Shown here: positions 1 to 14,007 of the stretch, one piece after another
Position numbering within the stretch: position 1 is the stretch's first letter
Layout: each line of letters starts with the position of its first letter
From: Tubiluchus corallicola
Taxonomy: Eukaryota; Animalia; Priapulida
Length of the DNA: 64,000 nucleotides
Direction: 5' to 3'
Assembly: GCA_030141605.1 (NCBI GenBank)
Contig: JAQGDQ010000124.1
Location: forward strand, 62,001-126,000
Made by a program: the position numbers and the translations under genes
The notes under the pieces: model-generated
What the model was told of the DNA's origin: nothing
The model's input: the letters and a program-made list of their open reading frames with translations, nothing else
Databases searched by the model: none

Positions 1-223
1 TCTGAATATTCTGACATATAGTCTTAAAATAACTCTCCGCCCACAAAGGTTTGTATCAGTCTCTTGCTATCATAGTCATGCATATTATAAATAATTATGG
101 TCATTTATTCTCTTCCTGACCAAAATCCGTTAGCTGCTTTGACTTGTGCTGCTTCGATGAAAGAAGCATCTTGCAACACTGGATAAGAATAAATTGAAGG
201 AAGTCGGATAATTATGTTGTCTT

Positions 224-400
224 ATGTTGGCTAATATTTATCTGACTCCTGAAGCTATACGCTGTCTTTACAAATCCATCATTCGACCTTGTGTTGAATA
301 CTGCAGTGTCAAGCAAGCTGGTGCCTCAGCTTGCTACGTTAATCCACATGACAGACTGCAAAACTGTACTGTCAATCTGGTTAGACTTGATTTTGTACAG
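224..400 (+). mobile_element. Degenerate non-LTR (LINE, CR1/L2/Jockey-like) RT C-terminal fragment in PWP2 intron
   Basis: ORF peptide LYKSIIRPCVEYCS...AGAS...HDRLQN resembles the LYKxxIRPxLEYCSxVW...LDRxQ thumb-region motif of LINE RTs. Boundaries approximate. Confidence 0.6.
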
Positions 401-655
401 ATGTGGCCATTTGCCAACTTTGGTGATTACAGTTTCATGTTTTCATTTTATCATGCAGACAGACACAGATAGACAGTCACGCACACTGATGCAACTAAAC
501 GCAACAAGTGTTACACTATATTGTTGGTGTTGCTGAACAAAACAACCAAATAGTTACCTACCCTAAGTGCAATTCATTTAAAACAGTTTATTAATTCATA
601 GTTTTTTTAACAAAATGTCAGTCTTAACTGTTCAATCCCAGTACTAGCCATTTAC

Positions 656-3600
656 CTGAATCGACAACAATGAGTGTAATACCGTCTGGAGACAATGCAA
701 CGCAGTCAATGTTACACCGGCTTTCAATGGGTAGAGTTTCTGACCGATTACTGTAAGATCACAACAGAAAATTAGAAAAAGTTGGTTTTATTTTCTCTAA
801 TTTGTCAACATATATATAAACAGCAAACATAGTAGAATTAAAAAAGTTAAAATTGAGCAAATATCATATCAACATGTATAAATGGTAAAAAGTAGCTGTA
901 CTGTAGCCTTTAAATATTAAATCAAAGGCTACAGTCATCACTAAATCATTAAAGGAAAAGTCAAGTCTTCTGGGAAGTTAGGCTCATTTTAATGCTTGGG
1001 AAAAATGTTAGAACTTAGAATTAAACTGTGACAAAAGCCTCCAGTAATCAGTGAAATCAGTTTTTTCAAAGTCGTGATCATTTCACACTTGGGTGCTCTC
1101 ACTTTGAACGCCAATTCTCCTAGCAATGATATCTTTCATTGCCTGAAGAAAAGCAAAGCACTGTAAATTCCGTCAAAAATATTATAAGTTTTTTTTACAT
1201 TACAAATTAGACAGTTAACTTTGTGATACTTTTACACGAACATTACTTGACTTGCAGAAGTTTGAATTAGCTTAAGCAGCACGCACTTATGGAAAGTAAT
1301 GATACACTTACGAAAAGTCACAAAGTCCACCAGTTAGTCATAATTTTGAAGTGGATGGTGGCTACCACTGCGTCTGAAAACTTCTATGCAATGGCAGTAT
1401 TAAAATTACCTTTATGCTTTACAGACAGTTTTTTGCGAATTTCTTTATTACATTTTTCTAAGTTTAAGTGATAACAGTAAAATAATCTCAACATGTTAAG
1501 TGATTTGTGCCTTCTTTTAAGTAATCACTAACTGGCATACGCTTCTTATACATTACGCTGCTAGCCGGGGGATTCAGCACTTAGTAGTGGTATTCAGTAT
1601 GAAATATCATGGAGTGAGAGAATTTAACATCATATTTTTTCAAGGATACTCTTCAGAAATGCGACACGGAACTGGCAAAGATGGCCGACCAACATTTCAA
1701 ATACATTATGCATCCTCATGCAAGAAAATAATTTTGTAAATAATTGGAAATAGTACCAACAACAGTTCAAAAACTAACTTAAAATATAAAGTAACATGGC
1801 ATTCCTTTCAAACAAGAAAATTGTGTGTTATGGGCCAAATTACCCATATAATTAGTTTCCTGTTTTGCCTAAATTCATTTTTTATTTTCCCAATTGAAGA
1901 AGCCATCAACTTGACTGGACAGGTAAGCAGTTGCTGGTAGATTGGTAGATTGGTTATTGCAGAGACCTGGCACCTTGTTTACAAACTTACTTGTAATGTT
2001 GGTGAAAAAATGCAATTTTTATGTTAGAAACTTCATGTCACGCTTCATGAATAGTGTGCTCTACATGGGTAGCCAAATGAAATAAGTAATTTAAGTTATA
2101 AATCTATTGTTTGTTAATTCGACAGCGATTTTTCTCTGCAACTTTTGTTCAAATTTCTGTAAATTTATATTATTACAAATTTTATATAATTTTTTTTCCT
2201 TTATAAAATAAAGACCGCAGTAAATGCCTTATGCAAGGAAACTTTGTGTTTGCTGTCTTTGCATTATGTTACATTGTTTTAGTTCAAACTATCCAAAACT
2301 ATCTAAAATCTACACACCGCTTTTAATCAATTGATTGTACACAGTTTTACTAATTTAACATCAATATTTATTTAACTCATTACCAACACTTAATAGCCAT
2401 GCATTATATTCTGTAATATCTATTTCTCTTGCATTACAGCCTAAGGTATTATTAATCAGTTATGTATAACTGCATACCAAGGTTATGACTAAATAAAAAA
2501 CATGTGTTTAGGCAAAAAGAAAACAAGAAAATTTTAGAAAATTTCTTTCATGATTAACCACAGTTTGCACAAAGTTTATATAAGAGTGACAGGTAAAATA
2601 TTTTGTGTTTTTTGTTATTGTTGTTAATGACCCATAAAATCTTACTTTTTTAGATCAAAGATGCTAAGTCTGTTACCAACAGGGCTGAGTAGTCGACTTC
2701 CGTCCAGGGAGAAAGTGAGGTTACCCGAATGATATACTGTACCAAGCAAGTTGGCAAACTACAATATACAAAACACAGCCAGTACAATAAAATATTCAAC
2801 TTCAAAGAAATAGCGTCATGCTGTACTAAATAGGCTGTAATCTATATTACAAAGCAACTAGGCCTATGGTCCAAATACGATTATAATCTTACTTGATTGT
2901 AAATTTTGCAGTAATTGTAATCGTAATCGTTTTCATAAAACGAAAAATCACAATCACAGTCGAAATCAATGTAATCGCTTTCTGTAACTCCTACCAATCA
3001 TTTGGGATCACTCCACCATCCTTCCTCCCCTCCCACCTTTGCCTATGGGTGGGGTGGGGGAAGGATTGTAAAATGATCACAAATAATTGACTGGGTGGAA
3101 CATAATACCCTTGTGTTTTTTCTCCAAAATTTCACGGATTGATTTTCAATCGCAAATAGATTTTTATGTGTTTAATAGTTATGATCGGTCAACAGGCAGA
3201 ACTGCCTAACAGAGGGCACAAACGGATATGATATGATTCAATCTAGCCATAACACAATGCCTGATTCACTTATATCAGACAATGTCAATCATACTTAATG
3301 TACATTAATTGTGTGTACAAATTAGTTCATATTTCCTCTGATTTTCCTCTTATCTGACTGAAGTATATGCACAAACATGACTAAATCTTCACTACCTCAA
3401 AAGGCTAGCATCAATAATTTCAGCGATAATGCAGTTCACCTGATCACAGGTCTGATAAAGGGTAGAATATGTTCTAATTGCAATCTGCATGAAAGCCAAC
3501 TTTAAAACAATGCGTAAAATAATTTCGATTAGTTGCTGTTATACTATCACAGCATCTAGAGTTAAAAATACATGAATTCTTCAAAAAAATCGTTTAATAC

Positions 3601-4052
3601 CATAAATCACGGAATATCATGCCAAACATGGTCGTCACAGTTAACATTTTCTCTCATTACAGTTATGTAGTGATTATGTGTGCAGCTTGTTTTCTAGATC
3701 AACCCTTGACAATTACAATAAAACCTGATCCGTACAAGTTGATACAACTAATGGTAACCTGTCACTCATGAAACTGTGAACCACGAAAAAGACAGCATAC
3801 TACGAAATGCATGCTAGCAAATCACATATTATGTAATGTTATCAAGAGTCCGTCTTCTACAATTATGGCAGAATAAGTTATCAGAATGCTCAGCTGCTTT
3901 TATACTGTATAAAGAGAATAAACCAAAGACCTATTACGAAAGGTGTTATGCGGCGCAATCTGAATCGTAATTTGACCATTCAGTACAGTACAAACTATTT
4001 AAAGTATATACTAAAATTAATGCTGAAAACTTACTTTATACGAAAACTTCAT
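656..4052 (-). CDS. PWP2: Periodic tryptophan protein 2 / UTP1 (WD40 SSU processome factor), 5' exons; gene continues beyond window start
   Basis: Exons 4052-4035 (MKFSYK|GTAAGT), 2758-2646 (FANLLGTVYHSGNLTFSLDGSRLLSPVGNRLSIFDLKN) and 750-656 (NRSETLPIESRCNIDCVALSPDGITLIVVDS). All GT-AG with compatible phases 0/2/1. Matches the recalled PWP2 N-terminus MKFAYRFSNLLGTVY...SPVGNRVTVFDLKNNKS.TLP....N..C..LSPDG. Confidence 0.93.
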
Positions 4053-4249
4053 TACATTCGACACTGTATTACTTTTAGAAATAAATGTTATTCAAACTTT
4101 AAGATATAGAATTATGGCTTATAAAATTAGACTTCATTTCACAAAAATTTTGCGTATATACAAAAATTCATAAATTACTGCTACGAGATTTACAGCTCTA
4201 CATCATTATGTGAATATGTGCTGCTATCGGCAAATCATAAATAAATGAA

Positions 4250-4630
4250 TGTGATGAACGTAATATGGACGCGATGGACGTCTATTCACTAATTTAACGG
4301 GCGTGATGAACGTTGTTAAAGTAAAAATCATACGGCAAAAATTAACCAAATTGATTTGCACGTAACTATATGGAGTCTATTATGTTTAAAGTAACGTTCA
4401 GTGGGCGCTAAACGTTAAGCCCACGACGAAAACAATTAAGTTCATTAAATTATTGAGAATGGACGCTCGAAATAAAATCTACCGCATTCAAATACACATA
4501 CAAAATGGACGTTCACTGCGTTGAAATACACATACGTAAATCACGTCCATCAAAGTGAGTGGACTCTCAAAATTACGTTCAACGTGTCCAAAATTACGTT
4601 CAACAAGTCCATCAAATTAGGGACACTCGC
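4250..4630. repeat. Degenerate foldback/MITE-like element with subterminal repeats upstream of PWP2
   Basis: Left GATGAACGTAATATGGACGCGATGGACGT is the approximate reverse complement of right ACGTTCAACGTGTCCAAAATTACGTTCAAC; GAACGT/ACGTTC units recur. Ends not defined. Confidence 0.45.
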
Positions 4631-6496
4631 TGCAATAGCAGAATCGTACAATCACGTGTTGAACTATCGAATAGTGTTGGTTGGGCACCATTTACCGCAT
4701 TAGCTGAAGCACCGCAGTTGTGCTACTACGCATGTTAAATTTCGGGACAACGGAATATATCCGTTACGTCGCTTACGTGTAGCTAGTAGCTACTAGCTAC
4801 GTTTATGCGTAGCGGTTAGGACAATCTCTGCAGACAACAAGTTCGGTATGGGCAGCCCAAATAACGCATTGGTGATTTCGCTTATCTTTTTAGCTTTTAC
4901 CAATTTTTCACCTTGTAAGCACCTTGAGTTCGGTATCAAATTTTAATTAATTGGGGGTTTGTAACAATTTGTTTAATTACCACAAGATTGTAATAATTTG
5001 TTTCCGCACTAATTAATATTAAAATATATAAAAGTGGATTAAATTTGGTGAAGCATCTAGTTTAATTTTAAAAAGTGTAAAAGTTGTAAACATTTTGAAA
5101 AGATCCCATGCAGTGTTTATGAACTTTTGTCAAATCTAGCTTTGCACCAAGTTCAAACCATACTTTGGTATCTTTTTTGTGTATATAGTAAAAACTATTT
5201 GAGTTTTTCGGAGCAACACTTAACCATATAGGATAAGTGCTTGAATGATGTGACAAAAACTTGCTTTTCATAAAATAAGTCATTCCTGCTATAGCTCAGC
5301 TAGGTCTTATATTCAACATGTATTTTAGTTGTCTAATAAGTAATATTATTGTACATTAACGTGTTGACTCTGAATTAATGGTACTATCATTATATTTTAT
5401 TTTATTGAATAAATATTTTATATTTAAATAATTATTTAAAGTAATATTTTAAATTATTATTATTAATTGAACAAGAGAACAGATTGCTACGACTAAGATA
5501 AACTTCAATTTCTGCTGCAGGATTTGGGCCGCCTGTGCACCATCTTAAACGATTTATTACACCACTACACTAAAAAAAACGACATACAAAGGACGTTGTA
5601 AATGTAATATTTATAAAGTAATTGGTAAATACCGCACCTGCCCGTGTGCACTGTATCATAGGTTGGACCAAGTACCACACTGTGCGGAAGATGGGCAGGT
5701 AAGGCAACTGGCGTCCAACAAAAGAATCAATTGAATTCAATCTTGTTTATTACACATATACGGCTTAACAAGTCGCTGGCATAAAAAGAAAAGACTTAAC
5801 TACTGCATTTACAAAAATTATATATACATATCAATCGCTGTTTACAAATAGATATTGACATAGACATGGACATAGCTATAGACATTTTTATAAAAGGAAA
5901 AATAGAAAACTTATAAATTTGCTCACAGTGAATGAAGACATATATAAAAATGAGTATGCAGTGAATATCACATAATTAACATTATTTTCAGAACATTGAT
6001 AGGTAGGCATACTAATATTTACAAAGAGAAGAAAAAGAAGTATTCTGTATATAATTTGATATCTTACTATGTTAAAAAAACAAGAATAAAGGTACTTATT
6101 GTGTTTTCCAAATCATAATGGAAATATTAAAGTTCATCAAAAAAGTACATAATATTGATAAAAATTACTTAATAAACATAATGTAGGAAAATAAATATAT
6201 AAATGTACATTATCAGTGAGTGCAACAGTAAGTATTATGGTTATCTTGGGGACTTGAGTCAAATATTATTAGCTAGGGTAATGTAAAAAACACAAGATTA
6301 GACAACTTTAGAGAACGTTTGAAAAGGTGCAATTAGCCAAATATTACAATAATTATTATTAGTTTAATTATTTTTGAGTAATCAGTTGTTGTCTCTTTAA
6401 AGAACATTTTCATAAAATTCTCCTAGCATGATTATCATTAAATTTTGTATCGAAGGCCGAGAATAGGTAGATCACGGTCGATAGTTACACGCATGC

Positions 6497-6566
6497 CCAC
6501 GTGAGTGTAAATTAATAAAACAGATTTTGATTCGCTGATACAACTATATTTTTGGTACTAACCAAT
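6497..6566 (+). promoter_or_regulatory. Putative V-ATPase c proximal promoter: E-box CCACGTGA and CCAAT box
   Basis: CACGTG at 6498-6503 and CCAAT at 6562-6566, about 140-210 nt upstream of the ATG. V-ATPase genes are established MiT/TFE (TFEB/Mitf) targets. Confidence 0.4.
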
Positions 6567-6707
6567 CACGGCTTTTGAAACAAAGTGCAGGACCGCATGA
6601 TTCAGGTCATTCATGTCGCCCATTTCTCTGCTATTTTCTTCAAGAACATCTGACTTTTTTCCTTCGCGGTTTTATTTTCATTTATTGAATTTTCAACCAC
6701 TGTAAAG

Positions 6708-9700
6708 ATGACAGAACCAATCTACGCGCCTTTCTTTGGTGTTATGGGTGCTTCTGCTGCCATGGTATTCAGTGGTATGTTCATTTAATTTTTACCGAAG
6801 TTGAAACTAAAATTTTCCACATGTTACCATTTGATAATATTAGTGTGGCAGTCAGCTTCTGGAATACGGTGCTAAACATATTATAGTTATTTCGTTACTT
6901 TTGACAATTGCTCAGAAGTTACTATACACTATTTTTGCTCAAGCTACGGTACGGTGTTAAGATTGCAGCAATTCATATTGTATGGATAGCGTTGACCTTG
7001 GGGTTGGTGATTATGGGTAACGAGTAACAGCTTATATACTATTGTTTGTTGATCAAAGTTGCAGGGTCGATGATATCGGTGTTGCTCGATGATGAAGTGT
7101 AAAAAACCCATGCAGTGGCACCGAGTTAAGGAATTTTTTTGGCAGGACAATCGCGCGAAATCATTAATACTACCAAAGTGCATTGCATTTAAATGATGTA
7201 AAGTATGTGCCAATTAAGTATATTCATTGCAATTAGATTTTGTATTGATTTGGCTTAGGTAGCTTTATGAAGCTGAATTGCAGGGGTATTGTCACTGAAA
7301 TGTGGAATACATAAGTTAGTGCAAGTTTGTGATTTTTTCTCACTTTTTTCTTTCAGCTCTTGGGGCAGCTTATGGTACAGCGAAATCAGGAACAGGAATA
7401 GCTGCAATGTCTGTAATGCGACCAGAGCTTATCATGAAATCCATCATTCCCGTAGTTATGGCTGGAATCGTTGCCATTTATGGACTTGTAGTGGGTGTTC
7501 TTATAGCTAATGGAGTTGCTCCCACAGAAGGCGGCAAATATACTTTATTCAAGTGCGTAGATAACTTTTATAGTGTTGATTACAGGTCCTGCTGCTAGGG
7601 GTTGACGAAATAACATAGTAATCTCTTGTAGGGATGTCACGAAGCTTCGACAGAACCGGAGCTTCGAAACCAAATCCGAATCGGAGCTTTGATTCAATCT
7701 GGTGAACTTTTGGTGTTACTTTAGATCCAATCTGATTCGGCAGAGGCGTTTTAAAAAAATCCGGTTTAGCTTTAGCTGCGGAGGCGATTCGATGGCACTT
7801 TATTATAAAGGCATTACAGCATATATATATATACCGCATTACCATTTTAACTGCTAGTTTCAACAAAAACGATAAGATCTCTTTTATTACTTTGATCGAA
7901 CGTGTATTCGCTAACAATACACATTGCTAGACAAACGTGGATTTTTGTCATCCACATTAAACGGACACATGGCGTGTAGATAAAGGTACCGCAGGGAATT
8001 TTTTGACTAACAGATTTTATATTGTTAGTCACCAGCAGAAAAAAATCTGTTACAAAATAATTAAATTATCTGTAATCTTTATTATTGCATAATTACTGTT
8101 AAACGTGAAAGACATTGCTGTCCTACCAATCTGTCATAATTTAGTTGAAACTGTGTAGATTTGAATAAGATCCAGATTCGAAAATGATTTTAAACTGAGA
8201 TTTGGATTTGATCCGGATTGGAAAGTTATTATAAAATGAGATTCGTTGTACATTCAGATTCAGTAATTTCAAATTCGTGACATCCCTGACCTGTTGCTGG
8301 TAACATTAGTCAAAAAACTTTGGTTGGCCAAGGATTGAACAGTTTAATGTTAATTGGTTTGCAAAGCCCTTTATGTGCAAGTATGATTTTGTACTGTTAC
8401 TACTATATAAACAGCTTAACCACCTTTACACTAGGCAGAAATTACTCTATCCATAACATACTTTTTATCCAGATCTTATGTGAACAGTTGCACAGCCACA
8501 AAGACCACCTTGGGTGCTTTCAGTGACTGTATCTCGTATGTAGCCTCAGAAGATGTAGACATCTAGGACACAGATTAATTTTTAATGTAAACAGAGTATA
8601 TACCCATCCTGTGTTCTTTTGCTGCCAACAATAACAATACTTCTGTTTCCGTCTAATCGCCCAGGTAATTTTTTCATCACGCATCCTTCCGGGAATTTTA
8701 TCATTTTTTTGTACGTTCATGTACTTACCTGACGCAGTCATATGAGCGTATTTTTTCATTTAAAACATAAAACGCAGTAATTATTATAACATTGTTGTTT
8801 TGGCGAGAGTGCAGCCATGTTTTTGCAAAGCTAACTCTTAGCTAAGGTTTCCATTTTGTATGATGCTGATTATTGTATTGGAGGCTAAAAGTATCATTTT
8901 TTCCACCAAATTTTTGTATTGATGGCCCAGTAGTGTTGCCGTGCATTGAAAAAATTCAAAACATTGCTGCTAAACAGTGGGAAATAAATGAACTTTGATT
9001 TCCACGATTCAGCTTTAAATATTAACAAAGCTTACAAATTATTGTAAAAAAATCCTCTTGTGATACTGACATGTTTTGAACTCATAAGGTCAGACAGAAA
9101 CTAATTTTTTTCAGCTGGCCTCGTACACTGCATATGGAAAAGTACATTTGCATATGGAAATCCTAACAGTATGTTTTAATGGCACAGAGCCAAAATAAGT
9201 CTGCATATCTACACGTAGCGTAAACAGGGGTACGAGTGGATGAAGGCATTAAGAGATTCCAGTATGTGTCCTGTATCTTCTCCGCATTGTGAACAGGACT
9301 TTAGAGGCACAACAGATGTCTTTTAGAGTAATTGTAAAATATTAGATTTATCACCAACTTTCACACCTTGTGATTGATGTGCTGAGAGAAACAACACTTA
9401 ATAATAAAACCTGAAATGTTTCTAGTAATTGATTCTGGATGATTCATGATTGTAGAACACCTTTACGGCTAAATTCTGAGTATCGGGCAAAAGTCACACT
9501 TGAGCCAGGGCTCCTTCTTGGCAGGGCTATTCTGCCAGTTATCTGATCTATCTTTTGCATGAACTGTGTTGTGTGAACTGAGACAGCTTACAACTCAATT
9601 GCTTATAGTGTGCACTTTTGTTATTTTCATTGCTTATTGCTAATGCACATATACATTCAAGAAACTTGAAGTTCATTTGTTTCAGGGGTTTTGCCGATTT

Positions 9701-9899
9701 TGGAGCAGGTTTGAGTGTTGGTTTGAGCGGTCTTGCGGCCGGATTTGCTATAGGAATAGTCGGAGACGCCGGCGTAAGAGGAACAGCTCAGCAGCCTAGA
9801 CTATTTGTTGGCATGATCCTAATTCTTATCTTTGCTGAAGTTTTGGGTCTTTATGGATTAATCGTTAGCCTGATTTTGATCACAAAGCAAACACAATAA
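6708..9899 (+). CDS. ATP6V0C: V-type proton ATPase 16 kDa proteolipid subunit c (Vha16)
   Basis: Exons 6708-6774 ([22 protein letters not shown]), 7357-7552 ([37 protein letters not shown]...) and 9686-9899 (...[38 protein letters not shown]...stop). GT-AG junctions in frame; the proton-carrying Glu in IFAEVLG is intact. Confidence 0.98.
7629..8288. mobile_element. Non-autonomous hAT-like MITE in V-ATPase c intron 2
   Basis: TIR AGGGATGTCACGAA (7630-7643) / TTCGTGACATCCCT (8274-8287). 8-bp flanks ATCTCTTG / ACCTGTTG (6/8 identical, degenerate TSD). TTCGA/ATCCG subterminal repeats. Confidence 0.75.
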
Positions 9900-12800
9900 G
9901 TTGTATGACATTAAAAGTGTTAGCGAAAACGGTATAATGTAATTGTTGTGTTAGATGGAAAATGAACATTGTTCAGAACCGTGGCTTTCATTTACAAGTT
10001 ACAAGGTTGGATAAATTTTAAACTTTAACATGCACATAATAAATTACTAGATGTTGAGTATCAGTAGCACGAGCAGAATAACATGAATTTCCGTACATGT
10101 TGGTTTTTAAGCCAAAAAAGCACTGTTAAAATTATAAATTATTGTACAAACTTGGTTAGATGTGTCAGCCTTGTGCTTTGTTTCTTAACTCCTAACGTTT
10201 TAGAAATACATAAGAAATGCAAGGTTGTTGTATAATTTTGGTTTCTGAGAATCATCTCGAGAACCACAATTCGAATTGTATAATAAAATGAAATAGTTGT
10301 TTATGTTATTGCCCTGAAAATATTATAATTAATTAATGAAATGTAAATTTTGATTCATCTATGTTATATGTGTACAATATTTGCATGTGACGTTAAATAG
10401 AAGTAGAATCAATGTGCCCCAAGGTTATGGCATTGAAGGTTACAATAGGTGTTAACGCTTTCTTGTCTCTTAATACTGGTTTGACAACTCTATGCTTATC
10501 TCCAATCTGTGTTAATTTCCTTGTGCATGTAATGGCCTTATAGCAAGTGGCCTATTTTCCTTTAGAACTGGATACCATAAAACTGGGCAAAATTAAATGC
10601 CTGTTGTTGTTGGAAAGCATTAGCTGGAGAAATGGTTAGTATCAAGTACAGTATGCAGTGTGATGTTTAAATACTTTTGTGATGCAATAAAAAAGGAAGT
10701 CTATGAAGAAATGATATTTAATATTTTAAATTTTCACTGCAGAACTTTGACTGTTGACAAAAAGCGTAAATCACATGAGAATCAAAATAAATGTGGTTTA
10801 TATTCCCAGAGGCCTTAATAATGTTAGAAAACGTGCTAAAAAAATAAAAAGCTAAAATAAAAGCAGGCCAATTTTTCATTATTATACGGAATCTTGAATT
10901 TTTCTATGAAAACTTACATAATTTTTTCACTCGTCTGCAAAACTTCCGACTGGCAAAAATAAAAAGGGACAAGAACGTAAAATGTGTTCTGTAATTAAGC
11001 ACTAGCTGATCACCCGATAACTACTGCTAATTAATGCATAATCGTATTTTAATTGTACTCTACAATGTATAAGTTTATGTATTTGTGTTAGGGTTAGTGG
11101 CAGAGCATTGAGCACTTTTCTGTTTTCACTCACTGTTGATTACATATAGTTTTACATTGCTAGCTGCACTACGTTAAACATGATGTGTAGTACACATGTA
11201 GTTTACTTTGGAATTGCTGTTAAGTTAGTACCCTAGTTTTTGCACTCTTTGACTGTCTGTGGTAAATATAAATTATATTATGTACGTGCATCGTGTCAAA
11301 GTGAGTTCCTGTCTGTATTTTGTGATTTCTTTTGAGCAAAGGGTAAAAGCGCAAAATCAAAAAGAAACTGGGGAAATTGAACTGTAAGACAGCGATTAAC
11401 GATTAAATTGAAAACTTGACATGAAATAAAAGGTCAGTGCTGATGACCCGAATAAGTAGTGTTAACTGTTTTGTTACCACTTTGCAAATGAAGTGAAGTC
11501 TAATGTTGTTGTTAGAGAACTTGCACTATGTTTAGTGATTGCACCAGTTTCTGTGTTTACTTAAAAGTATCTTTATATGTAGATTGCTAATTAATTATAA
11601 CGTAATTGTGTGTAAATTGAAGCTTTTTTGTTTTAAGAACAGCAATTTTTTCTTTTCTGAAATGTAAAAAAATGCAGCAACTATGTTGGTACCATTTCCA
11701 TTTTATTCCAACCTATGATCACAATTATTTATCTAAATTCTAGAAGATACGTTCAACTGTAAATTGTAAACCAGAAACATAATTTAGGTAAAATTTCACA
11801 GCAAATAACATAGTTAGATTATACATATGTAGCTTAATTTTTAGATTGTCAATGTCGAGTGAACGCATTTGCAGTATTGTTAATTATTGGATTTCTGAAC
11901 AAACCTACAGTTAATTAGATATATAAAACAAAAATCTGGGAAGAAATTATGAAATATGAAGCAGGGACATGGAAGGCAATCCTCACATTGCAGCTAACTA
12001 ATCTAATACATATAAGCCATTAGCACCTTGTGATCATAACTTTGCAGGTTAGTCGACAGCACTTGGTCCTTAGTCACTACATCACTGAAAATCCAAACTA
12101 GATATACCTGTACTTAAATGATATTAAATTATTATTTTGATCAAAGCTAAGACTAGTAACAGGAAAACTAAATGTCTTACATGAAATTTGGGAGACAAGT
12201 CCCCTTTTCTTTACAAAACTGTAACAAATATTAAAGGGAAAGAAAAGGGACTTGTAAAGTGCAGCTTAAACAATTTCCATACAAATTACAAAGTGATATT
12301 GCATGGCACCGTGCTTACCTAATTGACAAGCTGTGTAATTGAAAAAGAAAATTCTTAAATGTTTGCGCCAATTGGTAAACTTCAGTGCTTGTATCACCAT
12401 CCCAATATGAACCACTGGCTGGTCAAAAAAACTATTGACTTTATTGACAATACCGTATAAAGTAATTTATACTTTTGCTTAGCTAGCGAGGAGTGTCCTG
12501 ATTACTTTTTCAAACTACACAATGTTGTATAAACTTACAATTCAAATGGCACCGCCTAACTGTCATAGCGGGCAAGTTTTTATTCAGCGTTATCTACTCA
12601 AGCCCTGTGTGGAATTAGACAGCATGTCAGTGATACATAATTTCAAGGCAATTTTTTCCAGGTTTATTTACGAAGAGTGTTTTCTTGCTCTTTAAGAATG
12701 CACCTCTAATTTTAAATAGCAGCACGTACATATACTTTGTTAGAAATATTGGGTGAGCACACCTGTCAATTCATCAGATTTCTCAAACCAGTGCTCATTA

Positions 12801-13951
12801 TAAAGTGTCACTTGGTGATAAAAATATGAAGTGCTTCAAATAATGAAGTATGCAGTTTGAAATGCAAATGCAATTGATATCACAAACTACAACTTTAACG
12901 ACAATATAAAGCATATTTTGGTAATCTCATCGACTGTTACTAATACGTACAATTTGTTGAAGCTAAGTACTACACAATATATCTACCGCTTTTGCAATAA
13001 CTGACATTACATTTGCCTTTTACTTAGTAAATTGACTACAATAGTTCAAATACTAGAAGCAGTACCATTATTTCAAATTAATACTACATGTGACAATACA
13101 ACGTTCTATATAAAATTTTCAACTAAAATAAAATAGAATGCGTAGGTATTAACTAACTTTTCATAATAAAACAAATTAATAACAACATTGATAAATATAT
13201 ATATATAGTTCAATAAAAGTCAACATTTATTATTACGGCACAATTATGCCGTATGTCGCAAGCAAGTGATCACAGTTATAAATATTATAATGAGCAAATT
13301 TTTATGCTTCCAGAAAATATGAGATCACTGGATACATGGTCAAGATGATTAGCAAGTGGTATGTAGTGTAACAGTGAATTGAACGCCATAACCTTAATAT
13401 AGAATTACTATGTAAACAATGCCAAATAATATGTTATTAGCAAGAGGCCAAATAACTGAAAACTTCCAGTTGCAGTATTCACATTAAATGGAGATTCTCA
13501 TACTGTGAGCCAAAAGCTCGATTTGAGATTGCAAAAACAGACTAGCATGTCACATGGTTGATGAATCACAAACTATTAATGAAAATTATTAACAAGCACA
13601 AAACAAATGAGAGGAACAAAGCAGTCCAATAAGCTCGAAGATTTCATCAATGATATTCCAAATATTCACTGATAAATTAATAATATGCAACATTGTGTAG
13701 CAAGGCACATTTAAGCAAATGAGAAACTTCGATCTCTGAATGTATATAACTTGTAATCTGCACCTTACATAAGTATCTAAACAATCTATATCTACGTATA
13801 GAAATAATATGGTACTCAATATACATACATATGTATAGCTCTGCAACACTTTCCAAAAAAACAGACTATATAGGGGCAGCAGTAGAGGCCATTATACTAT
13901 AAATAAAATACTACTAAAATCAAACTTGCCTTCTTCAAAATATAAACATTC

Positions 13952-13976
13952 ATATATATATATATATATATATATA
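13952..13976. repeat. (TA)n microsatellite just 3' of the MFSD6-like stop
   Basis: Directly visible ATATATAT run. Confidence 0.9.
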
Positions 13977-14007
13977 TGTTGGGAACAATTATTCAGAAAA
14001 TACTAAG

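Noticed and set aside
901-941. Possible intronic C/D snoRNA in PWP2 (GTGATGA C box on minus strand next to an 11-bp hairpin)
   Set aside because: No CTGA D box at a suitable distance and no terminal stem.
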